Source: Anolis carolinensis (taxonomy: Eukaryota). Taken from it: DNA of 64,000 nucleotides. A program made the position numbers and the translations under genes. The DNA lies in contig NC_085842.1 of NCBI RefSeq assembly GCF_035594765.1, forward strand, positions 83,986,782 to 84,050,781, given 5' to 3'. This document shows positions 38,601 to 49,903 of the stretch, piece by piece. The notes below the pieces were generated by a model. The model was not told the DNA's origin. It did not search any database and was given only the letters and a program-made list of their open reading frames with translations. Numbering within the stretch: position 1 is the first letter of the stretch; every line of letters begins with the position of its first letter.

Positions 38601-39111
38601 GCAAGGTGATAATGGGCTCGGTGTCTGTGGCATGGCAGACCTTGGCTACGAGGCAATGGTTTTGGCAGTACTTTGAAGCAAACTGCAGTTCTCTGTTGGA
38701 CCAGGAGATGCTTGGGTCGTGAAGTGTCAGCCATGGAATCCCCAAAATCACAGGGAAATGGGGAACCTCAGTAACAAAGAAGGAAATCTCTTCCATATGT
38801 TCCCTTATCCACATCCTGGTGGGTTCCGACCACTGGCTTACGGGGCCCGTCTTGAGAGGGCGGCCATCGATGGCTTGCACCACACGGGCATTCTTGAAGT
38901 CATGATATTGTAATCCCAGAGAGTCGGCATACTCTCTATCAATGAAATTGTTGGTAGCTCCTGAGTCTATCATGGCGTGGATCATGACGGGTCCCTTTTT
39001 TGCTGACCATAAGGTGACCACTAGAAGGAACAGGACCCCGGTTGGCGGCTCTTGAATGGGTTTCTTGACCGGGTTGGCGAGCCTCTCTACGCCCGGTCGT
39101 TGGCTTCCCCC
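35347..39111 (-). CDS. pol: Pol polyprotein: protease-RT-RNaseH-integrase-chromodomain plus LTR-encoded tail (entered by -1 frameshift; ORF track start 39021)
   Basis: IDSGAT (protease), YLDD (RT), DASD...TDHRNL (RNase H), HDCKPAGH...CPVC plus DDE core, GPY, chromodomain EFEVQDILDSR...YLIDWVGFGPEERSWE. Confidence 0.95.
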   Translation of the reverse strand, partial: GGSQRPGVERLANPVKKPIQEPPTGVLFLLVVTLWSAKKGPVMIHAMIDSGATNNFIDREYADSLGLQYHDFKNARVVQAIDGRPLKTGPVSQWSEPTRMWIREHMEEISFFVTEVPHFPVILGIPWLTLHDPSISWSNRELQFASKYCQNHCLVAKVCHATDTEPIITLPKKYSEYWDVFNEKEAEKLPPHRPYDCAIDLVEGAPIPRGHLYSLTEPEQEALREFIETNLRKGFIRPSQSPAASPVMFVKKKSGELRLVVDYRALNNITKRNSYPLPLISDLLDRLRGAKVYTKLDLRGAYNLVRIREGDEWKTAFQTKFGLFESRVMNYGLCGAPATFQHFVNDIFQDYLDRFLIIYLDDFLVFSRSQSEHENHVKMVLQRLRDHGLYAKLEKCAFDLQEVDFLGYRISPLGLSMDPAKVSAVLEWRAPTNKKEVQRFLGFANYYRKFIPDFARWSDPITSCIRGKQPFRWTDQAEKGFQQLKKLFTSQPILQHPDPETLFVVQADASDVAIGAVLLQPVGDHLHPCAYYSRQLTAPERNYTIWEKELLAIKAAFETWRHWLEGAKFPIEVHTDHRNLEHLRTARKLNQRQQRWALFFERFNFQIHYVTPAQTKQADALSRKPEYAAGRKETFESQLLQPENFATLTVGNTKSTPIDSTPSTPGPICAQEIRASQQADAWAQDQLRQGLHFPFSLKDGLLCYRNHVYIPPGPGREKALRLCHDCKPAGHFGLFKTMHLILRDFWWPKIRKDVEKYVNTCPVCQRSKIRREKPSGLLHPLPTPSRPWEIISADFITDLPPSCGFTTILVVVDLFTKLAHFIPCEGLPTAQETADLFLQHVFRLHGLPKSLVTDRGSQFTSRFWKALQKLLGIDSRLSSAHHPQTDGQTERTNATLEQYLRCYVNYQQDNWASLLPLSEFAYNNGVQASTKETPFFANYGFHPRFFPPVIETSEIPAAEDWLQELTAVQQLLLQQLEQAKEDYKRHADKHRQPGPEIKVGDRVFLSTRFLPSHRPCRKLDARFIGPYPVVAQLNPVTFKLQLPRSMRIHPVFHRSLLLPADGVRPDVDRPAPVPILVDGEDEFEVQDILDSRFHRRRLQYLIDWVGFGPEERSWEDASTVHAPDLTRRFHQTYPAKPRPRASGRESQFGRGLEEGDSVMTHGPCSPAHDIVMPDEEENLGFLPSQSELDSSQTDSSQPDLGTLHLQEGYVPEVCQTNTEATSPVFSRHEFCKQQRGLEAASRRSARIIAKNLAN

Positions 39112-40079
39112 GCCGGCTGTGTGCCAGCCGCCTCAGACGCCTTCGTCTCCGTGGAGGACGCCGCCGCAAGACGGGCGGCGGGCTTCCCTTTGGCTGGGCA
39201 CTCTCTGGCGAAGTGGCCCCCATTCCCGCAATACCAACAGAGATTTAGGCGTTGGCGGCGGGCCTTCTCGGCGGCATCTAATCTGGGACGCACATTGCCC
39301 AACTGCATCGGCACCTCCTCGCTCCCTCTGGGGTATGGGGATGGTGGTGGGGGTCTCCTCACTGGACGCGGCTGAACGCTGGCGGGAGCGGGGGGTTTTG
39401 CCCCAGCTCTACCGCTCTGGCCTCGTACCCACTGTTTCCTGTTGGCAATCATGACTTCAGCCCGTAAACATTGATCGATGAGTGCTTCAAGCGTTTGGGG
39501 AGGATCCACCTTGGAGATTTCCTCCAGCATTTCAATGTTGAGACCCTCCCGAAATTGTCCTCTGAGGGCAACATCGTTCCAGCCGGTGTTGTGGGCCAGC
39601 ACTCAGAACTCGGCTATGTACTGAGACATGGGTCTGTCTCCTTGGAAGAGGCGGCGGAGTTTGTGCCCGGCTGCCTCCAAATTGTCCTCGATTCCCCAAG
39701 TCTCCTTAAGGTGGTCCAAGAAGCGTTGCGCTGATCTTAGGTGTGGAGAGGCTTGGTCGAACAGTGCCGTCGCCCAGTTGGCCGCTGGCCCGTCTAGAAG
39801 ACTGTAAACCCACGCCACCTTGATGTCTTCTTGGGGAAACTCGGCAGCACGGGCCTCTAGATAAGCTTGGCATTGGCGACGGAAAACATGAACCTTAGAA
39901 GCTTCTCCAGTAAACTTGGTTGGCAACGCCATGGCCGGAAGACGGATTCCGCGTTCCTTCAAACCCTTTATTTCCCCATCCTGTGCATTGAGCTTATCAC
40001 GGATTCGGTCCACCTCATCCTTGTCGATGGTGTAGGTAATCGGCTGGCCGCCCGGTCCAGGTCCGGCTCCGGTAGACAT
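39087..40079 (-). pseudogene. gag: Gag with one in-frame TGA at 39603-39605
   Basis: ORFs 39603-40079 and 39087-39602 are contiguous and in frame; P.KF.G, YIAEF*VLA..GWND, CCHC knuckle CWYCGNGGHFAREC. Confidence 0.9.
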
Positions 40080-40109
40080 TCTGGCCGAGGTTAATTGGTG
40101 CTTAGGGTG

Positions 40110-40119
40110 GCGGAGTCAA
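40110..40119 (-). promoter_or_regulatory. Self-priming PBS (TTGACTCCGC), complementary to the predicted transcript 5' end
   Basis: No TGG tRNA-type PBS; perfect complement of GCGGAGTCAA at 40667-40658, 31 nt downstream of TATATA (40698-40693). Confidence 0.8.
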
Positions 40120-40121
40120 AC

Positions 40122-41097
40122 TGTCGCGACCCAGGCTACAGAGCACCAATAACCATACGCAGAGGCCAGATTCTATCTAATATCTTTATTAAGGAAATAT
40201 ATAAAGTTAATAAAAGCAAATGTAAAAGTTAGTCCAGAAGCAGACCTTTCAGGAAAGGTCAAAATTAGTCCAAAGAAACAATGTCCAATATGAAATATTA
40301 AGGTCCAAAGTTGTAATCCAATAACCGAAACACTCACTTTGCCAGGCAAAGTGAGGGGAGATGACAAGGTCCTTTAGTCCATGAACTTGAGCAAGGCTAG
40401 GAATTAACTTGATACTTGAAAACAAGGCTTGAATCGTGACACAAGGTAACAAGGAACAAGAACAAGATCCGTGGAATTACTTGGTAAAATCCGTGAAACA
40501 AGGCAAGGCTTAGTCCTGAAAGGCGAGGCAAGGTCCGTAGGTAAACAAGGCTGGGAAACAGGAGCGAAGGCTTGAAAACAAGAACAAGGCTTGAACAGGA
40601 ACGAGGCTTGGATCGGAGCGCGCTGTCCAGACACAACTCGCTCCGGAGGCTGACGAATTGACTCCGCAAAGTTACTCCGCGGGTAAAACACCTATATAGA
40701 GTCTAACTTTCCCGCCGAGAGCAGTTCTCTGGGAACCAGAAACGAAAGCTAATCTCTGAGACCAGATGTTTGACTCCTTAAAGATTCTCATGGAAAGCAG
40801 ACTTAATTGGCTAAATTCTTAGCAATTATTCTAGCACTCCTGCGCGAGGCTGCTTCCAAACCTCTCTGTTGTTTACAAAACTCATGGCGAGAAAACACAG
40901 GAGATGTAGCCTCAGTGTTTGTTTGACATACTTCTGGAACATAACCCTCTTGCAGGTGCAAGGTTCCCAGATCTGGCTGGGAAGAATCTGTCTGGGAAGA
41001 ATCCAGTTCTGACTGGGAAGGTAAAAAACCCAAGTTTTCTTCTTCATCAGGCATCACAATGTCATGAGCAGGACTACAAGGCCCATGGGTCATCACA
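40122..41097 (-). repeat. 5' LTR
   Basis: See 3' LTR; TATA at 40693-40698, AATAAA (minus strand) near 40185-40190. Confidence 0.95.
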
Positions 41098-41892
41098 AAA
41101 GGAGAAAAGACAAAGGTAACAATAATAGAACCAGAGTGAAAGAAACATGTGAATTTTCACAAAGAGTTCGAAACAGTTCAACGTGTCAATGTAGACATGA
41201 CTTAACCAGGGGAGCAGATACAAACTTATCTTCAGACTGAGGAGAAAATGCTCCAAGAAAAAAGGAGGAAAGATATTTAAGTCTTCAAGAAAGATTGAAA
41301 CATATATACAAAGCTCATACAAAATATATTATAGTCAATTCAGATGGGAAAACATGCTAAACATATTTAAATGATGACCTGAGGCATGAGAAGAATATTG
41401 AGAATGGATTGGATAAATAAAACTGAGAATTCTGTCAGAATTAAAAATACAAATAAAGATTTTTTTAATGAAAGAGGTGGACTGGTGAAATAAGAATATT
41501 GAGATTAAAAGGAAAATGCAATAAGATATTACAGCGAAACAAATTTGTGAAATACAGAAATAGATCACATGAAATAAGACCAATTTAAATGAAAAGCAAA
41601 GAAAGGGGGGATATTGAGGTGCTGAGCTAAAGATGATAACTTTATATAAATGTTTAACTTTATTCAAAGCAGTTAAATTGATTATTTTAATGTTACTTCT
41701 GGTTATGTATTAATTTTAAATATATTTGCAATTACATTTCAGAAGAAACTGAAATGTAATGAAGTAGAACAAGAAGTACATATAATAATATGATATAATA
41801 ACTTGATAGTTGATTTTGCTTCAGAAGAGGGAAAGTCAGTAGTGTTTTAAATGTTGAGTCTCCTTTGGGGGAGCTAAAGTGGGTATAAATAA

Positions 41893-41935
<43 letters not shown>

Positions 41936-42499
41936 GTTTTTTAAAATTATTTTTAACAGAGGAAAGAGCTCATTGGTTAGTTTTAGTTGGCAGGGATGGG
42001 AGGAAGTAAGAGGGTGGGCATATTATGTGGTTATTTTTGTTCTGGATTATTTTGCTTTGCTTTCTATTTTAATATCTTGTTTTTTTAATTTGTTGGATTT
42101 AAGTTACTTTTTGAAAATCTAATAAAATTAATTTAAAAAGGAAACACTGCATTCTTCAAATAGTAATGACTACTTGACAATGCCATCCTTAAACAGAACA
42201 GAACTATCCATTGGATATATCAATTCAAACAATAAAAAAGAATCATTGACATTGTAACACCAGGAAATACAGCCTCACATTGAATGCAGAGATGACAAAG
42301 AGAAAAGGTTCACAAACTGGTTGGAAAGATGGTTCACAAACTGTGATTAACAAAAATTCATGACTTCTGACTTTTGGGGCAGAGAATTATATCTACAAAT
42401 TGGTGTAAGACACTGATACAGGAGCTGCCGATACATGTTCTAGCATGTTCTTCCCTGACACCAGTAGCTCCCACAAAACCTACAAAACCTGGCTCCAAG

Positions 42500-43115
42500 C
42501 ATTAAAAAACATCTAACACCAGGTCAGTAAATAAAGAACAACACTCTGAAAACAGGGGAATTCCAAATAGAAATCAATCAGGGCCAGCTAACACCTCCCA
42601 ACAAAGGATTCCCCTAGGCAGCAAGCAGCCAGGGCTTGAAGCTACAAGACAGAAAACAATCATGGCCAGTTAACACCTCCCAACAAAGGATTCCCCCAGG
42701 CCGGAATCAGCCACAGATTGACACTAAAAGACAGGAAACAATCAGGGCCAGCTAACACCTCCCGACAAAGGATTCCCTCAGGAAAGAATCAGCCAGGGTT
42801 TGAACCTACAAGGCAATTACATGCTAATCAAAGTGACTAATTGCAGCATTCATTCTTGCCTCCAACACACAACAGCTCTTTCTCCCACGCTGGATATTAC
42901 TCCACAGGTATATAAACCACACTTGCCTGGTTCCTTCCTACCTAGTGAAATCTAGGAGGGAGATCTTTTCCCCACCACTGCACTCATTCCTCCTCTTCCT
43001 CCATCTGGGGAATGGCCACTGCTGCCTAAATAACATATTTATTACATTTTTTTCAAAACCAGCAGACAATGCTACAGCAATGCTTATGGCTTTGGCCAGG
43101 TGGTCACTCACAGAG

Positions 43116-43172
<57 letters not shown>

Positions 43173-43521
43173 GGCTTTGACCATGTGGTCACTCACACAC
43201 AATAAAGGCAGATAATCGATAATATCTGCTTTGAACTGGGTTATCTGAGTCCACACTGCCATATAATCCAGTTCAAACCAGATAATGTGGGATTTTATGG
43301 GCAACTTGAATACCACTGAATAGCCTTGCAGATTCGAAGCCTGCCTGATTTATACCTAGGGGACTCCATTGTTGGCCAACTTGAATACCATTGAATAGCC
43401 TCACAGCTTCAAATCCTGTCTGCTTCATCCCTAAGGGAGTCCTTTCTAGGCCACCTTGAATGCCATGAAGAAAACCCCACTTAGGACTACACCACAGTAA
43501 CGCGTGGCCAGGCACAGCTAT
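42500..43521 (+). mobile_element. Composite repeat: three tandem ~80-bp Penelope-derived units, other fragments and a Helitron-like 3' end
   Basis: Three copies of GGCCAGyTAACACCTCCCrACAAAGGATTCCC (42570-42815); terminal CCAC...GTGG hairpin followed by GGCACAGCTA at ~43492-43520. Confidence 0.5.
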
Positions 43522-44559
43522 TTGAATATAAGCTCTTCTGCCTTAATCTCTCATTTATTGGTTTGGGTGGCAAGTTTATTGTAGTTTTACCAGTTTTCAT
43601 CCTGACTGTTCCTATACTCTACAGGCATATTTTAAGAATAACAATGAAAGAGTTTCATAGTAACATTTCCCACCTGAAAGCTCAGATCAAGGTCAACAAA
43701 AAAGTCCTTCTATTTAGCCTCAACTAAGCGGACAGCTACCTGGAGCCTTAGCCTCTTGAAGACCAAACTTTGATGAGCTGTTATTTATTTTGCCTTGGAA
43801 TGCTTGAGTATTAAAAACTATAAATAACTGGCCTGTGTATAACAATTACATTAAGTCAGTGATAAGAGAAGAGTTTTTAAAACTCTGCACCAACCTGTCA
43901 TGTATTTGGAAGCATCAAGTGCCAGCAAAGTCAAAGTCAGGTAGAATCAGGCAAACGGATGAGAGCAGTGCCAATCATGCCCATAAAGAATGTTTTCTCT
44001 CCACAGCAGAAGTCTTTTGGAGGGGTGCAGGATACTTGGAGAGTTGGTGTGTGTCATGTGAGGGATTCAAGTGTCACACTGACCCTGATTCAATGGCTGC
44101 ATGTAGCCCATAGTCCAGTACATGATTCTTATTCTGATTAAAGCCGGAAAGGTCTCATAGTATAGAACTGAAAAGGTGACAAGAGGCCATATCAGGAACA
44201 GTAGAGTGAAGCAGCAGGGAAAGGGTCCACCAAAATTATATCAACACCTTTCTCATACAAATCAACATGACAGAAAAATTGGACTGTCCCTGCCAAGATC
44301 TTTGCAAACCACTTTTGTTTGTCCTCTCTTTGGGTTTCTGTCTTTCAACAGTAGTATTTCAACACTATTGCAATTTTCTTACCTCAGGCATTCAAGGCAG
44401 AGGCAGGTAAACAGGTCCTTTTATTCACCCCCACCCCTTTACACACGTAGCCACTAAAACTGAGCACAATTCCTCCTCTGATACAAAAGCAAGCCTTGGG
44501 CTATGTAGTGTGCAATAAACAAAAGCAGTAAGGAAATAGGCAACATGAGAAACTCATTA

Positions 44560-44567
44560 ATTTGCAT
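44560..44567 (+). promoter_or_regulatory. POU octamer 145 bp upstream of the TAS2R at 44705; TATA-like TATATAAAT at ~44650
   Basis: ATTTGCAT(AGT), positionally conserved. Confidence 0.6.
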
Positions 44568-44704
44568 AGTGTGATGGTGGTTCATCAACATAAAATGGAC
44601 AGTGTGGGTCTGAAATGAGCATTTTCTGCCTCTGCTCATCAACCTTGGTTATATAAATAAAGCCTCGCACAGCATCCTTTGCAAGAATCAGAAGCACAGG
44701 AGAT

Positions 44705-45604
44705 ATGTTTTCTCCTGGGGACATTGCTTTTTTGGTAATTGCAGCTGTCTTGAACATCAGCGGGTTCATCTCTAATGGCTTTATTGTTACCGTGATGATC
44801 ACTGCATGGACTAAATGCAGGAGACTTGCATCCAATGAACAGCTCTTTCTAAGCCTAGGCCTGTCCAATGTGTGTGTGACAATTGTCTTTAGTATGTACT
44901 GCTTCAGTTTTACAACTTTATCCAATTACAATGTAAACATTTTCCAGACATGGTTCTCCTTTTTTTCCTCTGTTGTGATATTCAGATATTGGCTCACTGT
45001 CTTGCTATGTTTCTTCTACTGCATCAAGATTGTGAACAGTACCCACACTTTCTCCCTTTGGTGCAAACTGAGGATATCATGGCTGATACCCCGACTTCTG
45101 ATGGGATCTATTATTATCTCCTTGTTTGTTTTAATTATGGCTTTAAGTTTTATGTATATATTATCACCACCGGCCAATGCTACAACTGTGATCCAAGGGA
45201 TGTCACATAATGAAAGTGTCAACATTTTAATTTTGTTCTTTTTAACTGTTGGATCTGGTTGTCCCTTCCTTTTGGTTTTATTGTGTTCCATTTTAGTTGT
45301 TGCCTCACTCTGTCGACATGTCTGTCAAATGACAGGTAAAGAATCCCATCTCAGGAGTTTTCAGACAAAAGCTCATATCCAGGCAGCTCGGACAGTGCTC
45401 TCTCTGCTATTGCTTTTTCTTTCATTTTATGTGGCACAGACTTTGTCTATGACCTTATTGAAGAGCCAATTATTTCTTCCAGGAGTGATGATGGTATACT
45501 CTCCCGCTCAGGCTGTCATTCTGGTGTTGAATAACCCCAAATTAAAGCAGGCCTTAGCCGTGATGGTTCAAAGAACAGTCTTAATATGTGAGGAGAAAAA
45601 TTGA
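44705..45604 (+). CDS. TAS2R: Bitter taste receptor type 2 (intact, 299 aa)
   Basis: GFISNGFI, EQLFLSLGLSN, FFYCIKIVN, SLCRH, QTKAHIQA, YSPAQAVILVLNNPKLKQA. Confidence 0.93.
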   Translation: MFSPGDIAFLVIAAVLNISGFISNGFIVTVMITAWTKCRRLASNEQLFLSLGLSNVCVTIVFSMYCFSFTTLSNYNVNIFQTWFSFFSSVVIFRYWLTVLLCFFYCIKIVNSTHTFSLWCKLRISWLIPRLLMGSIIISLFVLIMALSFMYILSPPANATTVIQGMSHNESVNILILFFLTVGSGCPFLLVLLCSILVVASLCRHVCQMTGKESHLRSFQTKAHIQAARTVLSLLLLFLSFYVAQTLSMTLLKSQLFLPGVMMVYSPAQAVILVLNNPKLKQALAVMVQRTVLICEEKN

Positions 45605-46966
45605 TGCAGCATTTCCCCTTCTTTTATGGTTCATTTTATGAGGCAAAGATTAGGACTTGGACAATGGATATAAGCAAAGATGAAGCTTTCTTTGTTTATA
45701 CAGTGATTTGAATTGCCAACCTTTCAGTCAGCAATTTCAGCAGCTATTTAACTTTCTCTTTTTAAATCAAGGTTGCCAGAGAAATGTAGGGTAGACAATT
45801 TGCTGCTCAGTTGGCTATCCACCAGAAAGGTAACATTCTCTAAGTGGCAACTACTGACTTCTTGTCCCTTTTTGTTGAGTTTAGATACAGACGGCACCTA
45901 AACCCAACAACACTTTCAAAAATATTCAAAAAGGCCTATAATATATGTTGGAAATATGAATCTCTAGAAGGCACATGTAGTTGACCTGCAAAAAGGTACA
46001 GGAACTGATAACAATATTGATGCAAAACATTTAAATAATTAGAATCTATCCAAATTCAGAACTATTTCTGCTGGATCTTGCAAATCACCAGTTCAAAGAA
46101 GGGGATTATAACATTTTGCTTTATGCTTCCAATAAAAGAAGAAGGAATCATAAAAAGTTGGGAAATGACAACGTTGGACAAACTATACATATTGATTAAA
46201 GAGAGATCTGTGGATAATTTTGTATAAAACTGGGAACAAGTTTTCATATTAAAAGAAGGAATAACACTACTCAGAGATTTTGAAATAATTTTAACTATTG
46301 ACTCTTAGCAAGAAATTGATTATAGCAGTTTTGCAGATGTGGTTAACTGATGGGATGGGAAGTTAATTTTTAATGCGTTTAAGTTGCAGGGATGTTTTGA
46401 TTGGGATTTAGATTGAGAATTCTGGTTGGGAACCACTGCTTTAAATGTTACAGATTTCATTTTAACTCTTATCACAAAGTTCTCAAACCTACTATATCTC
46501 CTTTCTTGAAGCCTGAAAAAATATGGTGGTGTAGAACTATCTATAGCTTAATTATCAGTGACATTTCCATCTTATGGAAACATATAACCAGATAACTCTG
46601 CCCCTTTGCATGACTTTACATTCAGTTCCAACATATTTAAAACATCCTGAGCCATTTTTTCTGTGCTTCTCATCTGTAGTTGTCAGTTTTGCTAACTTTT
46701 CCTCTTTCCAGAGTCAATATTAGAATTTCTTATGCAAAAATTAATCTCTTTGGCTGCCCGGTGATGTTTCATTCCCATCTTCTAAGACAAACACAATTAA
46801 CCATCATCAGTCATATGGAAACAAGTAACAGGAGAGTCCCATTAAATTTGCATTGTATTATGTTCAGTTCCTAATACATTTTTCTGCCTAAATTCCAATA
46901 TATACATTCTGCCTTTCTTTGCAGAATGTGACCTCTACATCTGCTAGAGTGAGAAAATCAGGATAT

Positions 46967-47125
46967 ATGTTTTCTCCCATTTTTGGTTATTTGGTCCTGG
47001 TGGGCTTCATCTTTGATAGTTTTAGAGTGGCTTCAATGACATCTATAACTTTAGAGCCGTTATATTTTAATAATATTTTGAAGAGAGAACTTGTTTTCTT
47101 GAAAGCCTGAGTCCATCTAATGCAA
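46967..47125 (+). pseudogene. Highly eroded TAS2R 5' remnant
   Basis: CAGGATAT-ATGTTTTCTCCC start like the paralogues; GGCTTCATCTTTGATAGTTTTA resembles the GFISNGF codons; octamer at 46846. Confidence 0.5.
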
Positions 47126-47878
47126 TATTTGTGATAACGAAATACCTTGGAGATTGGGTACAAAACTAAATATGAAATTCATCGTGTTTCATATATATCT
47201 TATGTACACACCCTGAATAATATTTCGATAATATGATGCATGAATTCAGATGTGTATACACTTAACATTAGGAAGCAAAGGATTACTATCTCAGCTACTC
47301 ATGTGGACAATTTTGGATTTTGGAATATTTCAGATTTTGGAATTCTGAAAACCTGTATATATATTCCTGCTGCATAATTTTCTCCTATTAAAAGTGCACT
47401 TGTACAGAATACAAATGCTTCTGCTTCACATTATGTGCAAATGCATTTCCTTTGTAGTAAAATCAGAATGTCTTTCCATCTTTCTTGTATGCATTATCCA
47501 CTTTCAAGGTAGCATCTGAGGTACATAGTGTACAAATGATATTTTTGCAGGTATCAAATAGAATGTCATATAATGAGACAAAACAGCCTTTTGTTCTAAA
47601 CAAAGGGATGCAAATTGAATATGATATAGTTACCACCACCCCCACATATCTAGAACATACATTTCCATGCCCCTTTCTGTAAACAACATTATACAAAGTA
47701 GGTTATAAAAAACAGCAGGACTGAAACAGTATCTGTATACATATTTAGATTACACTCATTCAGAATCATCTAGAAAATTAGGGTTTTTGACTTTCGTAAA
47801 GAGAAGAAATGAATATGTTTGATTTTATGGGAACACAATGAGGTACTGAACAAGTGAAGTTGGTTTAAGTAACAACAG

Positions 47879-49383
47879 GAACTAGCGGAAGTTATTTCAG
47901 AACCACTGGCAATCATATTTGAGAGTTCCTGGAGAACGGGAGAAGTCCCAGCAGATTGGAGGAGGGTGAATGTGGTCCCTATCTTCAAGAAGGGAAAAAA
48001 GAACGACCCAAACAATTACCGTCCGGTCAGCCTCACATCGATACCAGGCAAAATTCTGGAAAAGATCATTAAGGAAGTTGTCTGCAAACACTTAGAAACA
48101 GATGCAGTCATTGCTAATAGTCAACACGGATTTACCAAAAACAAGTCATGCCAGACTAATCTGATCTCTTTTTTCGACAGAGTTACGAGTTGGGTCGATA
48201 CAGGGAATGCCGTGGATGTAGCGTACCTGGATTTCAGTAAGGCCTTCGACAAAGTCCCCCATGACCTTCTGGCAAACAAACTAGTAAAATGTGGGCTAGA
48301 CAAAACTACAGTTAGGTGGATCTGTAATTGGCTAAGCGAACGAACCCAAAGGGTGCTCACCAATGCATCCTCTTCACCTTGGAAAGAAGTGACAAGTAGA
48401 GTGCCGCAGGGCTCCGTCCTGGGCCCGGTTCTGTTCAACATCTTTATTAATGACTTAGACAAAGGGTTAGAAGGCACGATCATCAAGTTTGCAGACGACA
48501 CCAAACTGGGAGGGATAGCCAACACTCCAGAAGAAAGGAGCAGAATTCAAAACAATCTTGACAGACTAGAGAGATGGGCCAAAACTAACAAAATGAAGTT
48601 CAACAGGGACAAATGCAAGATACTTCATTTAGGCAGAAAAAAATGAAATGCAAAGATACAGAATGGGGGATGCCTGGCTAGACAGCAGTGTGTGCGAAAA
48701 AGATCTTGGAGTCCTCGTGGACAACAAGTTAAACATGAGCCAGCAATGTGATGCGGCTGCTAAGAAAGCCAACGGGATTCTGGCCTGCATCAATAGGGGA
48801 ATAGCGTCTAGATCCAGGGAAGTCATGCTCCCCCTCTATTCTGCCTTGGTCAGACCACACCTGGAATACTGCGTCCAATTCTGGGCACCACAGTTGAAGG
48901 GAGATGTTCACAAGCTGGAATGCGTCCAGAGGAGGGCAACTAAAATGATCAAAGGTCTGGAGAACAAGCCCTATGAGGAGAGGCTCAAAGAGCTGGGCAT
49001 GTTTAGCCTGCAGAAGAGAAGGCTGAGAGGAGACATGATAGCCATGTACAAATATGTGAGGGGAAGTCATAGGGAGGAGGGAGCAAGCTTGTTTTCTGCT
49101 GCCCTGCAGACTAGGACGCGGAACAACGGCTTCAAACTACAGGAAAGGAGATTCCACCTGAACATCAGGAAGAACTTCCTGACTGTGAGAGCTGTTCGGC
49201 AGTGGAACTCTCTTCCTCGGACTGTGGTGGAGGCTGCTTCTTTGGAGGCTTTTAAGCAGAGGCTGGATGGCCATCTGTCGGGGGTGCTTTGAATGCGATT
49301 TCCTGCTTCTTGGCAGGGGGTTGGACTGGATGGCCCATGAGGTCTCTTCCAACTCTACTATTCTATGATTCTATGATTCTATG
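47879..49383 (+). mobile_element. CR1 LINE, 5'-truncated, young (single frameshift in the A-run at ~48640)
   Basis: [45 protein letters not shown]; (ATTCTATG)n tail; TSD AACAG. Confidence 0.95.
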
Positions 49384-49903
49384 AACAGACAACCAGTGCA
49401 TGCAAGGAAACATCTGGGACTATCAGTTATTGTGCTTGCACAGATCAGGCAGCTGCCAACAGGATAGGGTAGGAAACTGACCCCTGCAAAGCTGGGAGGA
49501 TGGGTTGTGTTCCTCCTTGCTTCTGAATGTTCTGTTGTTCAAACACCACTTATCTTCACTCTCTTGTCAGTTTCCCCCAGAAGAGCAACATTAAGGACAT
49601 CCAGAAGATAGCCTGAATAAAATTGTATGTATGCAGCTGATAAAACCAAGCATCACCTGAGATTTGCAGAATTCATAGATCTTCTGTCTAACCAGAATCT
49701 GCATAATTGTTCAAGAGAGTGACTATGGAAATGCGTAAAAGGAAAGCTGCATCTATTTGCATAGTTTGAATAGCTCAATATTTTAATCCATGGTGTTTAA
49801 TAGGTATACTATATATATGTTTGCTTTTCCCTGTCTCAGCTCCATAGCTTTGGTAGGGCAAGTGAAGTCTTCCAATACTGGAGAGTCTGGAAGATTGAGG
49901 GAT

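Larger units (their letters stand above)
34666..41097 (-). mobile_element. Full-length Gypsy/Ty3 chromovirus (Tf1/sushi group) LTR retrotransposon
   Basis: Two 976-bp LTRs (34666-35641 and 40122-41097), TG...CA termini, 5-bp TSD AAAGG, PPT GAGGAGGGGGATAG next to the 3' LTR, gag plus pol. Confidence 0.97.

Noticed and set aside
40803-41096. Independent 97-aa gene in the 5' LTR
   Set aside because: Duplicate of the pol tail; it lies upstream of the LTR TATA box, so the element's own transcript would not include it.
42570-42815. Three ~30-bp conserved blocks with variable intervening sequence, superficially CRISPR-like
   Set aside because: The intervening parts are themselves homologous (an ~80-bp tandem repeat); eukaryotic context with no cas genes.
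34130-46330. A-rich degenerate L1-like remnants flanking the Gypsy element and at ~45880-46330
   Set aside because: Too decayed to give boundaries or convincing motifs by eye.
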